Source: an uncultured delta proteobacterium
GTDB lineage: Bacteria > Myxococcota_A > Polyangia > Polyangiales > Polyangiaceae
DNA length: 64,000 nt
Assembly (NCBI GenBank): GCA_963782055.1
Contig: CAWAIF010000003.1
Location: 5,696,001 to 5,760,000 of the forward strand
Reading direction: 5' to 3'
Below the pieces are notes generated by a model. It worked only from the letters and a program-made list of their open reading frames with translations. It searched no databases and was not told the origin of the DNA. Both the position numbers and the translations under genes were made by a program. Shown here in pieces: positions 50,523 through 61,016 of this stretch; the first letter of the stretch is position 1; every line of letters starts with the position of its first letter.

Positions 50523-52013
50523 TCACTTCTTCGGCGTGGCGGGCTGCGCCGGCGCCGGCGTGCCCGTGGCGCCCGCCGCGGGGGGCGGGGTCGCGCCACC
50601 GGCGGGCGGCGGCGTCTTGTTGTCCTTCGCCGGAGGCGGCGTCTCGGGAGCGAGATTGGGCGTCTCGAGGAAGGTGATGGTGTCGTTGGCGTCCTGGATG
50701 CGGTCCTTCGCCTGCTTGACCGCGCCCTTGTACTCGGGCTTGTCCCCCGCCTTGGCGACGAACTCGTTCAGGATGGAGATGGCCTGCTTGAGCGCGGCCA
50801 CGGCCTTGTCCTTGTTGCCGCCGGACTTGGCCTTGTATTCCTGCGTGAGGATGCCCTCGTTGTAGTAGGCGTCCGGGCGGGCCGGGTCGATCTTCTTGCA
50901 GGCGTCGAGCTGCGACTGCACCGCGGCGACCTGCTGATCGTAGTTGGCGTCGTTGATCTGACCGCGGAGCGCGAGGGCGAGGCCGAGGTGCGCGTCGTAG
51001 TCGTTCTGGTGGGCGGGCAGCTTGAGCGCCCGCTCGTACGCGCCCTGCGCTTGCTGGAACCCGCGGAAGGACAGGTTGACCGCCGCGTAGTTCATCTGCG
51101 CCTCGAAGAAGTCCGGGTCGAGGCGCGCGGCGGTCGCGAACTCGGCGACCGCGCCGTTGATCGAGCCGAGCTCGTTCTGGATGAGGCCCGCGGTGTTGTG
51201 GATGGGGGCGTAGTTGGGGTTCTTGCGGATGGCCTGCGAGCACACCAGCGCCGCGAGCTCGAGCTGCTGCACGTCGGCGTGCTTGTGCGTCGACGCGTTG
51301 GTCGCGATGCTGCGGCCACCGCGCCTGGTGATCTCACCGGCGCGCGCCTTCGCCTGCTGGAAGTAGAAGAGCGCGAGCTGGTTGAACGCCGGCATGTAGC
51401 TGTCGTCGATGGCGAGGGCGCGCTGCAGGTTCTTCTTCGCGCACTCCTCGTCGTCCTTGCAGTCGGTGCCGCCGGTCTTGCTGCCGCGCTGCATCTGCAG
51501 CATGGCGAGGTTCACCAGCGCCGCGACGTTGTGGAACTGGGCGTCGAGGACGGCCTGCTGGAGCGCCTGGATGGCGACGTCGATGTTCCCGTCCGCCTTG
51601 TACTGGTAGAGGGCGAGCTGCACGCGGGCGTGGTGGAACTTCGGGTCGTCGGAGAGCGCCTTCTTGAAGTGATCGAGCGCCTTGTCGGACATGTGGCAGC
51701 GCTGGTAGGCGAGCCCCGCGTCGAAGGTGGCGGACGGGAACTTGCCCTGCGAGGAGGCCGCGTCGTCGAACATCTTGGCGACCTGCGTACAGGTGCCGGT
51801 GTTCCACCTGGGCGGGCTCGCCGTGTCGTTGGCGATGAAGGCGTCCAGCGCGGACTTGAACTGCTTCGCCGCCGTCGCGCTGACCTTCTCGCCGGTGGAG
51901 GTGTGGGGGCCGGAGCCGCCACCGTGCGGCGTGGCGGCGCCGGGGCCGCCGCCGCCGCACCCGAAGGCGAAGGCGACGAGTCCTGCGAGGAAAACGGTGC
52001 TGATCTTGCTCAT
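50523..52013 (-). CDS. gltE: Gliding-motility TPR lipoprotein GltE (AglT)
   Basis: Lipobox FAFGC; TPR repeats; AGGAG RBS before ATG 52013; synteny after gltD. Confidence 0.82.
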   Translation of the reverse strand: MSKISTVFLAGLVAFAFGCGGGGPGAATPHGGGSGPHTSTGEKVSATAAKQFKSALDAFIANDTASPPRWNTGTCTQVAKMFDDAASSQGKFPSATFDAGLAYQRCHMSDKALDHFKKALSDDPKFHHARVQLALYQYKADGNIDVAIQALQQAVLDAQFHNVAALVNLAMLQMQRGSKTGGTDCKDDEECAKKNLQRALAIDDSYMPAFNQLALFYFQQAKARAGEITRRGGRSIATNASTHKHADVQQLELAALVCSQAIRKNPNYAPIHNTAGLIQNELGSINGAVAEFATAARLDPDFFEAQMNYAAVNLSFRGFQQAQGAYERALKLPAHQNDYDAHLGLALALRGQINDANYDQQVAAVQSQLDACKKIDPARPDAYYNEGILTQEYKAKSGGNKDKAVAALKQAISILNEFVAKAGDKPEYKGAVKQAKDRIQDANDTITFLETPNLAPETPPPAKDNKTPPPAGGATPPPAAGATGTPAPAQPATPKK

Positions 52014-52024
52014 CGTTCGGCTCC

Positions 52025-55000
52025 TCACTTCTTCGCGCCCTTGGACTTGGACTTGTCGTCCTTCTTGTCGTCCTTCTTGGCGGGCGCGGCGTCCGCCGTG
52101 GGGGCGGGGTGCCAGACCTCGCCGCCCATGGTGAGCGGCGGGGGCTTGTCGTCGAGACCGCTGTTGGAGAGCGTCGGCGCGCCGCGCAGCTCGTCGACGA
52201 CGTGGTACTCGGCCTTGTAGTTCTTCGCGAGCCAGACCTCGCAGGCGCGGGAGAACGAGTCGAAGTACTGGTACTTCACCGAGTAGTTCAGGCAGGTCAC
52301 GAGCGCGGGCTTCGCGCGCTGCACCTTGATGGGCTCGCTCGCGCCGTCCAGGCTGTCGAAGTAGTTGCGCTTGAGATCCGCCCAGGCAAGCGAGCCGGCG
52401 GTGCCGGGCACGAAGCCCTTCTTGTCCCAGTCCTTCGGGTACGGGGCGCGACGGAAGTCGTCCACGTAGTTGCCCCAGAGGAGGCCGACGCGGGAGCCGG
52501 CGGCGATGACCCACTTCGGCGGGGGCTCGGGCTGGAGGTCGACGATCTTCTTGTACTCGGCCTCGACCTTCTTGATCGCCTCTTCCTTCTTCTTCATCCA
52601 CGCCTTGACCTTGGTGTTCACGTGCTTGAGGACGTCGTCCTTCTTGCCGGACCCGTGGTACTCGGGGAATTTGATGGTATCGACCGTCTTGCGCTTCTGC
52701 TCGTCGGCCGCATAGAAGATGGCCTCGCCGACGGCGTTGAGGGCCTTGCCGAGGCGCTTGGCCTTCTGGCCCTGGTCCTCGTCGGGGTAGGCGTCGTTCA
52801 GCTTCTTGACCGCCGCCGCGGGATCCTTCCAGAGGGAGCGGACCTTGGCGTACTCGGAGTCGGCGCCGGTCTTGCCCTTGAGGTGGGAGTAGGCGCGGCC
52901 GAGCGTGGCGTGGGCTTGCACCTGCACGTCGATGCCGGCGCGGCCGATGAGGCCCATCGCGCCCTTGAGGGCCTTCTGGGTGGCGTTCCAGTCTTCCTTG
53001 TCGGCGTAGTGCGCGCCGATGGCGAAGGCGATGGAGGCCGCCACCTTCGGCTTGGCGTGCCCGTAGCTGTGCTGGAAGAGCGTGGCGTCGTCGATCGCCT
53101 TCTGCTCGTCGCCGAGGCCGAGGCGCAGGAGGACGGCGTCGGAGAGGGCCTCGTCGGCGTGCTCACCGTGCTTGTCTTCCTTGGCGTAGCGCTCGTACCA
53201 GTCGGCCGCCTGGTCGTAGACGGCGATGGCCTGGTAGTTCCCGCCGATCTCGTAGACCGCCTTCTTGGCGAGCGGACTCTTGTCCATCTTGTTGGCGGGG
53301 TTGAGCAGGATCATGCGGGCGGCGATGGCCTTCGCGATGAGGCGGCCCGCCTGGAACGCCTTGGCGGCGTTGTAGACGAGCTCGTCGCACTTCTCCGCCT
53401 TCGGCGCCTCGCCGTTGCGGATGGGGGTCTCGCAGTACTTGCGATAGACCTCGAGGTAAGCGCTTCCGGCCTGCTGGTAGTTCTGCAGGGCCTCGGTGCC
53501 GCCCTGCTTGTCGGCGATCTCGACGAGCTTCTGCGCCTTGAGGCGGAGGATGTCCGTCTGGATCTTGGTGAGGATGCCGCACTGCTCCTCGTTCTTCTTC
53601 GCCTTGTCCGCCGAGCAGTACAGCTCGAGGAACTTCGGCACGTCCTTCGACATGTCGTCGTAGCAGGACGGCCTGGCAGGGCTGCCGTGCGCGCCGAGGA
53701 CGTTGATGCTCTCGAGGTAGAGCTGCGCGGCGTAGATGCCGACGTCCTTGTCGGCGTTGTTCATCGCGATGTCGCGGAAGGCGAACGCCGACTCTTCCCA
53801 GTGCTGCGCCTCGAAGTAGGTGCGGGCGCGGGCGTACTTGACCTCGACGAGCTGGTCCTGCCCCGTGCTGTCCTGCGGACCGGGGTGGATGTAGCAAATG
53901 TAGCGGTTGAAGGCCGAGATCATGCCCTTCTGCTGGGCGGTGAAGTCCTTGGGCTTCAGCTTGGTGTCCTCGTCCTCCTTGGCCTTCTTCTTCTTGTCCT
54001 TGTCCTGGCCGGGGAGGTTGCCGCTACCCTTGCGCTCCGAGCCCTTGGGGTGCTCGGCCTCGTAGATGTTCTGGTAGCAGAGCACCGAGGCGTAGGCGGC
54101 CTCGGCGGCCTCCGGCGCCTGCGGGTTCTCCGCGACGACCGCGTCGAACGCGGGACCGCAGTCCGCCCACCGCTTCTGGAAGTAGAGCAGGTCGGCCATC
54201 GCGTACTTGACCTTGTAGATGGTCGGCCAGTCCGCCTTGACGATGCGCGGGAAGGTGAACTTGGAGTAGTCGGCGGCGGTCCACGTATCGACGACGCGCT
54301 TGTACAGGTACGCGGCGAGCGTCATCGTCTTCATGTCGCCGGTGCCGCGCTGCCCCTGCGAGCCGACGGCCTCGAGGTGCCACGCCATCGCCGTCTCGGT
54401 CACGAGAGCGGCGGTCTTGTTGGAGCACGCCTCCACCGACTTGGGCGAGTGCTTGCCGTCCTTGAACGCCTTGTAGGCCTTGATCTGGTTGTCCAGCTCC
54501 TGCTTGATGCTGTCCTTGTTGCCGGACTTCATCGCGAGGGTGGCCTCCGTGATGTGCGCCTGGTACTCGCAGGCCTTGTCGCTCCCGTGGTCGCGGACGA
54601 GCAGGTCCTTGTAGAGGGTGACCGCCTCCGGGTAGTGGCCGGTGTCCAGGTAGTTCTGGCCGAGATCGTCCATCATCTTGAACGTCTTGCCGTTGGATCC
54701 CTTCGCGTCACCCGAGATGTTGCGGAAGAAGTTGTACGCCTGCCCGGGGTCGCCCTTGAGGGCGTAGACCGGGATGACGTCGCGGCGCGCGCTGTCGGCG
54801 AGCTTCGCCGCGCCGGGGTACTGCGTGTAGTTCGTGCCGAAGTCGATCGTGTGCTTGAACGCGTTGAGCGCCTTGTCGAAATCGCCCTTGTTCCAGAACA
54901 CGTACGCCAGCTTGTACCAGGCGTACCCGTAGACCTTGCTCTTCTCCGGCGGGAACTTGATGACCTCCGCGTAGGCCTGGGCGGCCAGGTCCCACTTGGA

Positions 55001-55798
55001 CGGGTCACCCTGCGCCTCGTTGAAGAAGAGCTCGCCGAAGGCGAGGTACGCGTTCGGGATGTACTTGGAGTTCGGCTTCTTCTTGATGAGGTCGTAGTAG
55101 ACGCGCCGCGCGTTCGCGAGGTCGTTCGCCTGCTCGTACTCGTAAGCGAGGTAGTAGAGCACCTCGTCGAGCTGCCCGTAGTTCGGGTACTGGTCGACGA
55201 TGAGGGTGTAGTACTGGACCACCTTCTTGCGCGCCGCGAGCATGATGGCGTTGGCCTGGTTGGCCTGCGCCTGCTTCTGCCCGGCCGCGCTGGGGTTCTT
55301 CTTGCGCAGCCCGTCGCGCGCGATCTCCGCCTGGGTCTTGTCGCGGAAGGCCGCGCTCTCCAGCTCGACGTAGTCCTCCGCCATGCGGCGGGCGAGCTGC
55401 ACGCGGTCGGGCGCGTTGCGCGGGGTGGTGCGGAAGAGGTTCTCCAGGCCGGCGATCTCCGTGACGAGCAGGGCGCGACCACGCGCCTGCAGACGGCTCT
55501 TGCGCAGGTCGCGGGGCTGCGTGGTGGTGGGCGCGTTCGGGGTGCGCTGCTGGTTGCGCTTCTTCAGGTCCGCGGGGGGCGGAGCCGAGTGGAAGTTCAC
55601 CTGCGGCGCGTTGCCGTGCTTGCTCACGTTGAAGGCCGCGGGGCCCTTGTTCTCGCAGGCCTCGAGCTTGGTCTTGGCCTCCTGAGAGATGCAGGCGCCG
55701 CCGGTGGTGGTCGCCGCCGGCGCGTCCGCCGCTTGCGCGGCGACGCCGAACGTGACGCCCAGAAGGACGACGAGCGAAGCAAAAACCGGCCGGATCAT
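52025..55798 (-). CDS. gltD: Gliding-motility periplasmic TPR protein GltD (AgmU)
   Basis: Signal peptide; ~1260 aa TPR clusters (YPNYGQLDEVLYYLAY, SKYIPNAYLAFGELFF, YAWYKLAY); synteny. Confidence 0.85.
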   Translation of the reverse strand: MIRPVFASLVVLLGVTFGVAAQAADAPAATTTGGACISQEAKTKLEACENKGPAAFNVSKHGNAPQVNFHSAPPPADLKKRNQQRTPNAPTTTQPRDLRKSRLQARGRALLVTEIAGLENLFRTTPRNAPDRVQLARRMAEDYVELESAAFRDKTQAEIARDGLRKKNPSAAGQKQAQANQANAIMLAARKKVVQYYTLIVDQYPNYGQLDEVLYYLAYEYEQANDLANARRVYYDLIKKKPNSKYIPNAYLAFGELFFNEAQGDPSKWDLAAQAYAEVIKFPPEKSKVYGYAWYKLAYVFWNKGDFDKALNAFKHTIDFGTNYTQYPGAAKLADSARRDVIPVYALKGDPGQAYNFFRNISGDAKGSNGKTFKMMDDLGQNYLDTGHYPEAVTLYKDLLVRDHGSDKACEYQAHITEATLAMKSGNKDSIKQELDNQIKAYKAFKDGKHSPKSVEACSNKTAALVTETAMAWHLEAVGSQGQRGTGDMKTMTLAAYLYKRVVDTWTAADYSKFTFPRIVKADWPTIYKVKYAMADLLYFQKRWADCGPAFDAVVAENPQAPEAAEAAYASVLCYQNIYEAEHPKGSERKGSGNLPGQDKDKKKKAKEDEDTKLKPKDFTAQQKGMISAFNRYICYIHPGPQDSTGQDQLVEVKYARARTYFEAQHWEESAFAFRDIAMNNADKDVGIYAAQLYLESINVLGAHGSPARPSCYDDMSKDVPKFLELYCSADKAKKNEEQCGILTKIQTDILRLKAQKLVEIADKQGGTEALQNYQQAGSAYLEVYRKYCETPIRNGEAPKAEKCDELVYNAAKAFQAGRLIAKAIAARMILLNPANKMDKSPLAKKAVYEIGGNYQAIAVYDQAADWYERYAKEDKHGEHADEALSDAVLLRLGLGDEQKAIDDATLFQHSYGHAKPKVAASIAFAIGAHYADKEDWNATQKALKGAMGLIGRAGIDVQVQAHATLGRAYSHLKGKTGADSEYAKVRSLWKDPAAAVKKLNDAYPDEDQGQKAKRLGKALNAVGEAIFYAADEQKRKTVDTIKFPEYHGSGKKDDVLKHVNTKVKAWMKKKEEAIKKVEAEYKKIVDLQPEPPPKWVIAAGSRVGLLWGNYVDDFRRAPYPKDWDKKGFVPGTAGSLAWADLKRNYFDSLDGASEPIKVQRAKPALVTCLNYSVKYQYFDSFSRACEVWLAKNYKAEYHVVDELRGAPTLSNSGLDDKPPPLTMGGEVWHPAPTADAAPAKKDDKKDDKSKSKGAKK

Positions 55799-55799
55799 A

Positions 55800-57539
55800 T
55801 TACCTCCCACACTTCGACGTGATGGACTGGCGGTAGAAGCCGAGCTCGTCGCGCCAGTACTCGCCGTTGAAGGGCCAGATGACGTGCTCTTCGTCGGGCT
55901 TCACGATGTTGGCCTTGGATTCGGCCTGGGTGACCTGGCTCCCCTGGATGGCCTGGTCGAGCTGGTTGCGCTGCGCCGCGGTGATGTCGATGAGGATCTT
56001 CGCGCTGTCGCGGAGGTGCTCGTTCAGCTCGTCCAGGTTGCGCTGGTAGCGCTGGCGGGCGAGCTCGCCGGCGTTGCGGACCGCGAGGTCGCGCGCGAGC
56101 TGCAGGGCGTCCTTGACGTCGGCGCCCAGGTTGGACTCCTGGAAGTCGTGCTTGGCGTGCTTGAAGCGCGTCGCCTCCACGTCGAGGACGTGGACGTACT
56201 CGATGTTGCGGAGCAGCTGGCGGTCGGAGAGCGCGAGCTCGACGATCGGGCGGATGTTGGCGGAGAGGTTCGCCTTGTTGGTGCCCTTCTCCTGATCCTC
56301 GCGCACCTGCTTGAGGAACTTGAAGAACGGCTCCTCCTGGTTCTCGCCCTTGAAGCGGGTGAGGACCTTGTTCAGGTCGTCGTAGATCGGCTGGTACTTC
56401 TGCTGGAACTTGGCGACGATGACGGTGGCGTCGTCGTACTGGCAGTTCGCGAAGTAGATGACCGCGCGGAGGACTTCCGCCTCGGGGTAGTAGCTGTTGG
56501 GGAAGTACGGCGCCTGGATCGTGTGGATGTTGCCGAGCGCGTGCGGGTAGTCGCCCGCCATGAAGTAGGCCCAGGACTCCTCGAAGAGGCCGTCGAGCCA
56601 GTACTCACTCGTCTCGTCGATCTTGTTCCAGAACTTGACGGCGGCGCTGAGCTTCTGCGCGTCGATGCTCGGCGCGTTGTTCTCGTCGAGGCGGACCGAC
56701 GCCGAGTAGTAGGTGCGGGCCATCGAGAGGAAGGCGAGGTCGCGCATGCGCGCCTCGTCGTCGACGCCCTCGGCGCCCTCGTCGATCGCCTGGACGATCT
56801 TCTGGAAGGCCTTCACCGCCGGCACCGACTTGCGGAGCTGGACGTTGGAGATGCCGGTGAAGAACTGCGACTGGACGTAGTACTTGCTCTGCCGGTTCAC
56901 CTTGCCGAAGAGGCGCAGCGCGTCCTCGTACTGGCGGTTGCGGTACTTGTACCGCCCGAGCAGGTAGTTGAGCTGCCAGTACAGGTCGCGCTGGTTCGGG
57001 TTGTTGAACTTGGCGATCTGGTCGTCGTTGTACTTGCCGACGCGCTCGACGATGTCCGCCGGCTCCGGGAGGTCGGTGGCGAGCTTGGAGAGCCAGAGCA
57101 GCGTCTCGTTGAACTTCAGGTGGTTCGGCTTGTCGGCGATCTCGCTGAAGATCGCGTAGGCCGCCTGGAAGAACTTCATGCGGTAGAGCGCGATGGCGAG
57201 CTCGTACTGGGCGATCTGCTTGTTGCCCTCGTCGTCGCCCGTCTCGCCCTTGCGCACGCGGTCCAGCGCGAGGGCGGCGGCCTCCCACTTCTCGCTGTCG
57301 AAGAGGCGCTTGGCCTGCGCGGCCTGCTCCGTCATCTGGCCGGCCTGCGGGGGCGGGGAGTTGTCGACGACGGGCGCCGCCGGCTGACCGTTCTGCCCAC
57401 CCTGGCCGCCCTGGGCGGCGGCGTCGGCGTCGAGGTCGACGGGCTGCGCCGTTTTGGGCTTGGCCGCGAAGGCGGCCGTGGTGCTCGAGAGAGCGATCGC
57501 AGACGCCAAGAGGAACATGCGCGCCACCGGTTTACGCAT
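55800..57539 (-). CDS. gltC: Gliding-motility periplasmic TPR protein GltC
   Basis: Signal peptide; TPR; LFEESWAYF, ALGNIHTI, YYPEAEVL; C-terminal WPFNGEYWRDELGFYR..SKC. Confidence 0.85.
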   Translation of the reverse strand: MRKPVARMFLLASAIALSSTTAAFAAKPKTAQPVDLDADAAAQGGQGGQNGQPAAPVVDNSPPPQAGQMTEQAAQAKRLFDSEKWEAAALALDRVRKGETGDDEGNKQIAQYELAIALYRMKFFQAAYAIFSEIADKPNHLKFNETLLWLSKLATDLPEPADIVERVGKYNDDQIAKFNNPNQRDLYWQLNYLLGRYKYRNRQYEDALRLFGKVNRQSKYYVQSQFFTGISNVQLRKSVPAVKAFQKIVQAIDEGAEGVDDEARMRDLAFLSMARTYYSASVRLDENNAPSIDAQKLSAAVKFWNKIDETSEYWLDGLFEESWAYFMAGDYPHALGNIHTIQAPYFPNSYYPEAEVLRAVIYFANCQYDDATVIVAKFQQKYQPIYDDLNKVLTRFKGENQEEPFFKFLKQVREDQEKGTNKANLSANIRPIVELALSDRQLLRNIEYVHVLDVEATRFKHAKHDFQESNLGADVKDALQLARDLAVRNAGELARQRYQRNLDELNEHLRDSAKILIDITAAQRNQLDQAIQGSQVTQAESKANIVKPDEEHVIWPFNGEYWRDELGFYRQSITSKCGR

Positions 57540-57768
57540 CGTCGTACTCCTCACTGTCGATAGAATCGGTGAGCCCCCCGGCAACGGAGGACCGCACGGT
57601 TCGGCGCCCCGTCAGGGCGCCGCGGACTTGCGGGTTGTTGTAGACTGCAAGCGGCACTTCGGGCCCGTAACCTCACGCAAAAGCCCTCACCCGCCCCGCC
57701 GCGCCGCGAAGCGAACAGGGCAACAAAACCTGAGCAATCCTGCAAAGATACTCTCGCCGAGCCGCGCG

Positions 57769-57798
57769 ATGGTACGAATGCTTTTTCGCGTTTGTCAA
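57769..57798 (-). promoter_or_regulatory. Sigma70-type promoter for the gltC operon
   Basis: TTGACA (57798-57793) -N18- TACCAT (57774-57769) in an AT-richer intergenic stretch. Confidence 0.6.
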
Positions 57799-58160
57799 GG
57801 CGAAACGCCCCTTGTGGCCGCGCAGGCGGACGCTCGGGGCCCTCGCGAGCCGGGTCCGCGCGAGGCCCGCGCCAGGGTGGGTGCAGGTGAGGGCTGGGAC
57901 CCGATGGTGCCACGCCGGGGCTGGCGGCGGGACGCCTGGGGACGCGAGACGAAGGCGAGCTTGGGAGGGCCAGCGGGGGCGCAAAAGAAGATGGGCGGTG
58001 CGCCCTCCGGCCATTGGGACAACGTGAGCCCGCCCAACCTTGGCCCTTGTTTTGCGGGGCGGCGCACGCCACCCCCCGCCGATGAAGTGAATTCGTTGGC
58101 CTCCCCGACAGCAACGGGGATTCTTCGGGGGCTCCACCCGGTCGCCATGGCCTTTCAAGC

Positions 58161-58190
58161 TTGACGATTTTCGCGCGCCTCGATTAGCTT
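58161..58190 (+). promoter_or_regulatory. Possible sigma70-type promoter for the divergent lipoprotein gene
   Basis: TTGACG-N18-TAGCTT. Confidence 0.45.
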
Positions 58191-58319
58191 TCGCACGTTG
58201 CCATGGCGGGAGCGTGGCTCGCGCCGACTTGCATCGCCCGCCACACGGCGGCGAGACGCTCCGCTGGACCCGCGAGCACTGCGCACGCGAGCCCGAGAAC
58301 CCCGAGGAGAGCACCGACG

Positions 58320-58979
58320 ATGACACGCTCGATCTTCGCAGTGTTTGCCGCCATCAGCGTCGTGAGCGTGCTCGCTTCGCAAGGCTGTGCGCAGTCGGGC
58401 GTCGGCGACCCGTGCATCCCGGAGCAGGAGTACGACCCCTCCTTCAGCGGCTTCGACCCGAAGGAGGTCAACGTCGAGTCCAAGAGCTTCCAGTGCCAGA
58501 CCCGTCTGTGCCTGGTGAATCACTTCCGCGGCCGTGTCTCCTGCCCGTACGGCCAGGACACTGGCGGCACGGCGACGGCGAGCGGCGCCTCCTTCCCGGG
58601 CAAGGACATCAAGGGTAACGACTACGACGCCTGCCACGTGCCCGGCTCCACGGACCTCATCACCGGCAACCCGAACGACCCGAAGACGGGCGCGAAGGTG
58701 GAGTCGCAGTGCGTGGACCGCCAGGCGGCCAACACCGTGTACTGCTCGTGCCGCTGCGCCAACGTGGACGGCAAGACCGACGACGGCGCCAACTACTGCG
58801 CCTGCCCCGACGGCTACCAGTGCACGCAGCTCGTCAGCTCCATCGGCCCGGCCGACCAGGGCCTCACCGGCGCGTACTGCATCAAGGTCAACACGCAGTA
58901 CGACTCCGCCGCCGCGTGCACCACGAGCTGCGACCCGACGATCACCGAGCAGAACTGCGCGCCGTCCGCCATCCAGTGA
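58320..58979 (+). CDS. Cys-rich lipoprotein, probable GltK/CglC homolog
   Basis: Lipobox SQGC; VGDPC..QCQTRLCL..YCSCRC pattern; divergent from gltC. Confidence 0.6.
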   Translation: MTRSIFAVFAAISVVSVLASQGCAQSGVGDPCIPEQEYDPSFSGFDPKEVNVESKSFQCQTRLCLVNHFRGRVSCPYGQDTGGTATASGASFPGKDIKGNDYDACHVPGSTDLITGNPNDPKTGAKVESQCVDRQAANTVYCSCRCANVDGKTDDGANYCACPDGYQCTQLVSSIGPADQGLTGAYCIKVNTQYDSAAACTTSCDPTITEQNCAPSAIQ

Positions 58980-59347
58980 CCGGGGCGCGCGCGCGTGCGG
59001 GAGCGCGCGCGGAGGACGCCGCCGTGGACTACCTCGTGACGCAGTCCTTCGACATCGTCGGGCGCAACGTGCGCGTGGGACGGCTGGAGATCGACGTGCT
59101 CGCCCGCAAGGACGATCTGGTCGCGGTGGTCGAGGTCCGCACGCGCGGCCCCTCCTCGTTCGAGGGCGCGCTGGAGAGCGTCAACGCCGCCAAGCGCGAG
59201 CGCATCGTCGCCGCCGCCGACAGGCTCTATCGCGAGCGGCTCCGGCACGAGGGCGTACGGCGACTGCGCTTCGACGTGATCGCGGTGCGCTTCGACGACG
59301 CCGGCTCGACCAGCGTCGAGCACATCCCCGGCGCCTTCACGGCTTGA
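58976..59347 (+). CDS. yraN: YraN family (UPF0102) predicted endonuclease
   Basis: GARAEDAAVDYL, RNVR..EIDVLA, VEVRTR, LRFDVIAV, EHIPGAF; GTGA coupling. Confidence 0.9.
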   Translation: MTGARARAGARAEDAAVDYLVTQSFDIVGRNVRVGRLEIDVLARKDDLVAVVEVRTRGPSSFEGALESVNAAKRERIVAAADRLYRERLRHEGVRRLRFDVIAVRFDDAGSTSVEHIPGAFTA

Positions 59348-59360
59348 GGGGCGAAGCCTC

Positions 59361-60035
59361 TCAGGCGTCGAGGGCGCGCTTCATCGCGTCGCGCACCTCG
59401 TAGAGCTTGGCGAGCGACTCCTCGGTCGCGCCGGAGTCCTTCGCCGAGGCGATGCCCGCCTCCAGGATCTCTATCTCCTTGGACTGCCGTTCCTTCAGGC
59501 TCGCCACCATGCCGGCGAACGCCTCGAAGAAGTCCTGCAGCTCGTCGCCCTTGCGCAGGCCCCCCTGGAAGTTGAGCTTCCCCTCCCCCACCTGCTTGAG
59601 GAGCTTCTTCATCTTGAAGATGGGGCCCACGACCTTGTGCGTGAAGTAGATCCCCAGCAGCCCGATGAGGACGACGAGCAGGGTGAGGCCGCCGATGACG
59701 CTGCCGATCATCGCGTGCTGCTGGCCGACGATCTTCTGGTCGGAGGCGTCGGAGGCGTCGGTGAAGGACTTGGTGAGCTCGGGGTTGCTGCCGTAGAACG
59801 GATCGTCGGTGATCGACATCTTCACGACGTCGGAGACCTTCTTGCTCTCGGCGACGACCTGCGTGCTCGTGTGCCAGAGGAACGCGCCCAGCACGAGGCT
59901 GATGACCAGCGCGACGCCGACGATGAAGCCGGTGTACTTGAGCTGGAAGCGTGAATCGAGCAGGTAGTTGCGGATGCTCCGCTGGTGGCGGCCCGACTTC
60001 TCCCCTGAGGGCGCTGCGCTGGCTTGGCTGGTCAT
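59361..60035 (-). CDS. Two-TM HAMP-domain protein without output domain
   Basis: RNYLLDSRFQLKY, TM1, TM2, THKVVGPIFKM..LRKGDELQDFFEAF. Confidence 0.85.
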   Translation of the reverse strand: MTSQASAAPSGEKSGRHQRSIRNYLLDSRFQLKYTGFIVGVALVISLVLGAFLWHTSTQVVAESKKVSDVVKMSITDDPFYGSNPELTKSFTDASDASDQKIVGQQHAMIGSVIGGLTLLVVLIGLLGIYFTHKVVGPIFKMKKLLKQVGEGKLNFQGGLRKGDELQDFFEAFAGMVASLKERQSKEIEILEAGIASAKDSGATEESLAKLYEVRDAMKRALDA

Positions 60036-60111
60036 CGTCTTCTCGCTTGCAACACCACATGGTGTCGCACCGGAGGGGCGAAATCTAGTTTGTCGCCGGT
60101 GAGTTTACGGA

Positions 60112-60936
60112 TCACTGGAAGTTCTGGGCGAACAGCTCGACGGCGTGGGCGGCGGCCATCTGCATCAGGTTGTCCTCCGCGCCGTGGTCACCCGGCCGGA
60201 CGCCCAACTGCGTGAGATGCACCGGGATTTCGCCGCGGAGGTCCCGGCCGGGGTAGCTGAAGACGGTGACCCGGACCTGCACGCGGAGGTTGCCGCCGGA
60301 GTAGTCGAACTTGTCCGCCGAGACGGCGAGGTAGAAGCCCTTCAGGTTGCGCTTCTTCAGCACCGCGTTGGCGACGGACGGCGACTCGTGCGTCGGGGCG
60401 ACCTGGTAGCCGCCGAGCCCGTCCAGCTTGGTGCGCACGGCGCTCCCGACGATGCGCTCCACGTCCGCCTGCGAGCGGCCGGTGTGGTTGGTCACGGTCG
60501 AGACCGCGACGTAGTAGCGAGCGTTCGCCACGTGTGCGGGCGGGCCACCGCCACCGCCGCCGCCGTTGCTGGGCGGGGTGATCGTCTCCAGGGCGCGGGT
60601 GATCTGCAGCTTGACCGCGTTGCTCGGCTCGACCTGCAGCCGGGCCTTCAGACACGCGATGGTGGAGGAGCGGTTGAGGCGCTTGAGCGCGACGGCGGCG
60701 GCCTGGCGGACGACGTTGCTCGAGTCGTTGAGGGCGCCGCAGAGCGGCTGCGCGGCCGCGTCGTCGTTGCTCGCGCCGAGCGCCAGGGCGGCGTTGGTGC
60801 GGACGCGGAAGTCATCGGCGCGGAGGCGGGAAATGAGAAACTGCGTGCGGCTGTCCGCGCTGGCTCCACCGGCCCAGGCCAGCAGCCACAGGGTCACCAG
60901 CAAGGCGAGAGCGCTCGCTCCCCGACGCGTCGTCAT
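60112..60936 (-). CDS. Secreted HEAT-repeat protein
   Basis: Signal peptide; DFRVRTNAALALG, LNDSSNVVRQAAAVAL. Confidence 0.8.
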   Translation of the reverse strand: MTTRRGASALALLVTLWLLAWAGGASADSRTQFLISRLRADDFRVRTNAALALGASNDDAAAQPLCGALNDSSNVVRQAAAVALKRLNRSSTIACLKARLQVEPSNAVKLQITRALETITPPSNGGGGGGGPPAHVANARYYVAVSTVTNHTGRSQADVERIVGSAVRTKLDGLGGYQVAPTHESPSVANAVLKKRNLKGFYLAVSADKFDYSGGNLRVQVRVTVFSYPGRDLRGEIPVHLTQLGVRPGDHGAEDNLMQMAAAHAVELFAQNFQ

Positions 60937-61016
60937 TCGTTCTCCCAACCTATCACGCTTCGTGCTTCGCTCGGGAGGTGCTCGCCGGCCTGGTGCGCTA
61001 TGGCAGGGAGTGGCGA

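Noticed and set aside
57585..58319. Short ORFs or remnants of gltA/gltB in the gap between gltC and the gltK-like gene
   Set aside because: No coding bias, RBS or beta-barrel-like sequence seen; treated as a divergent promoter region
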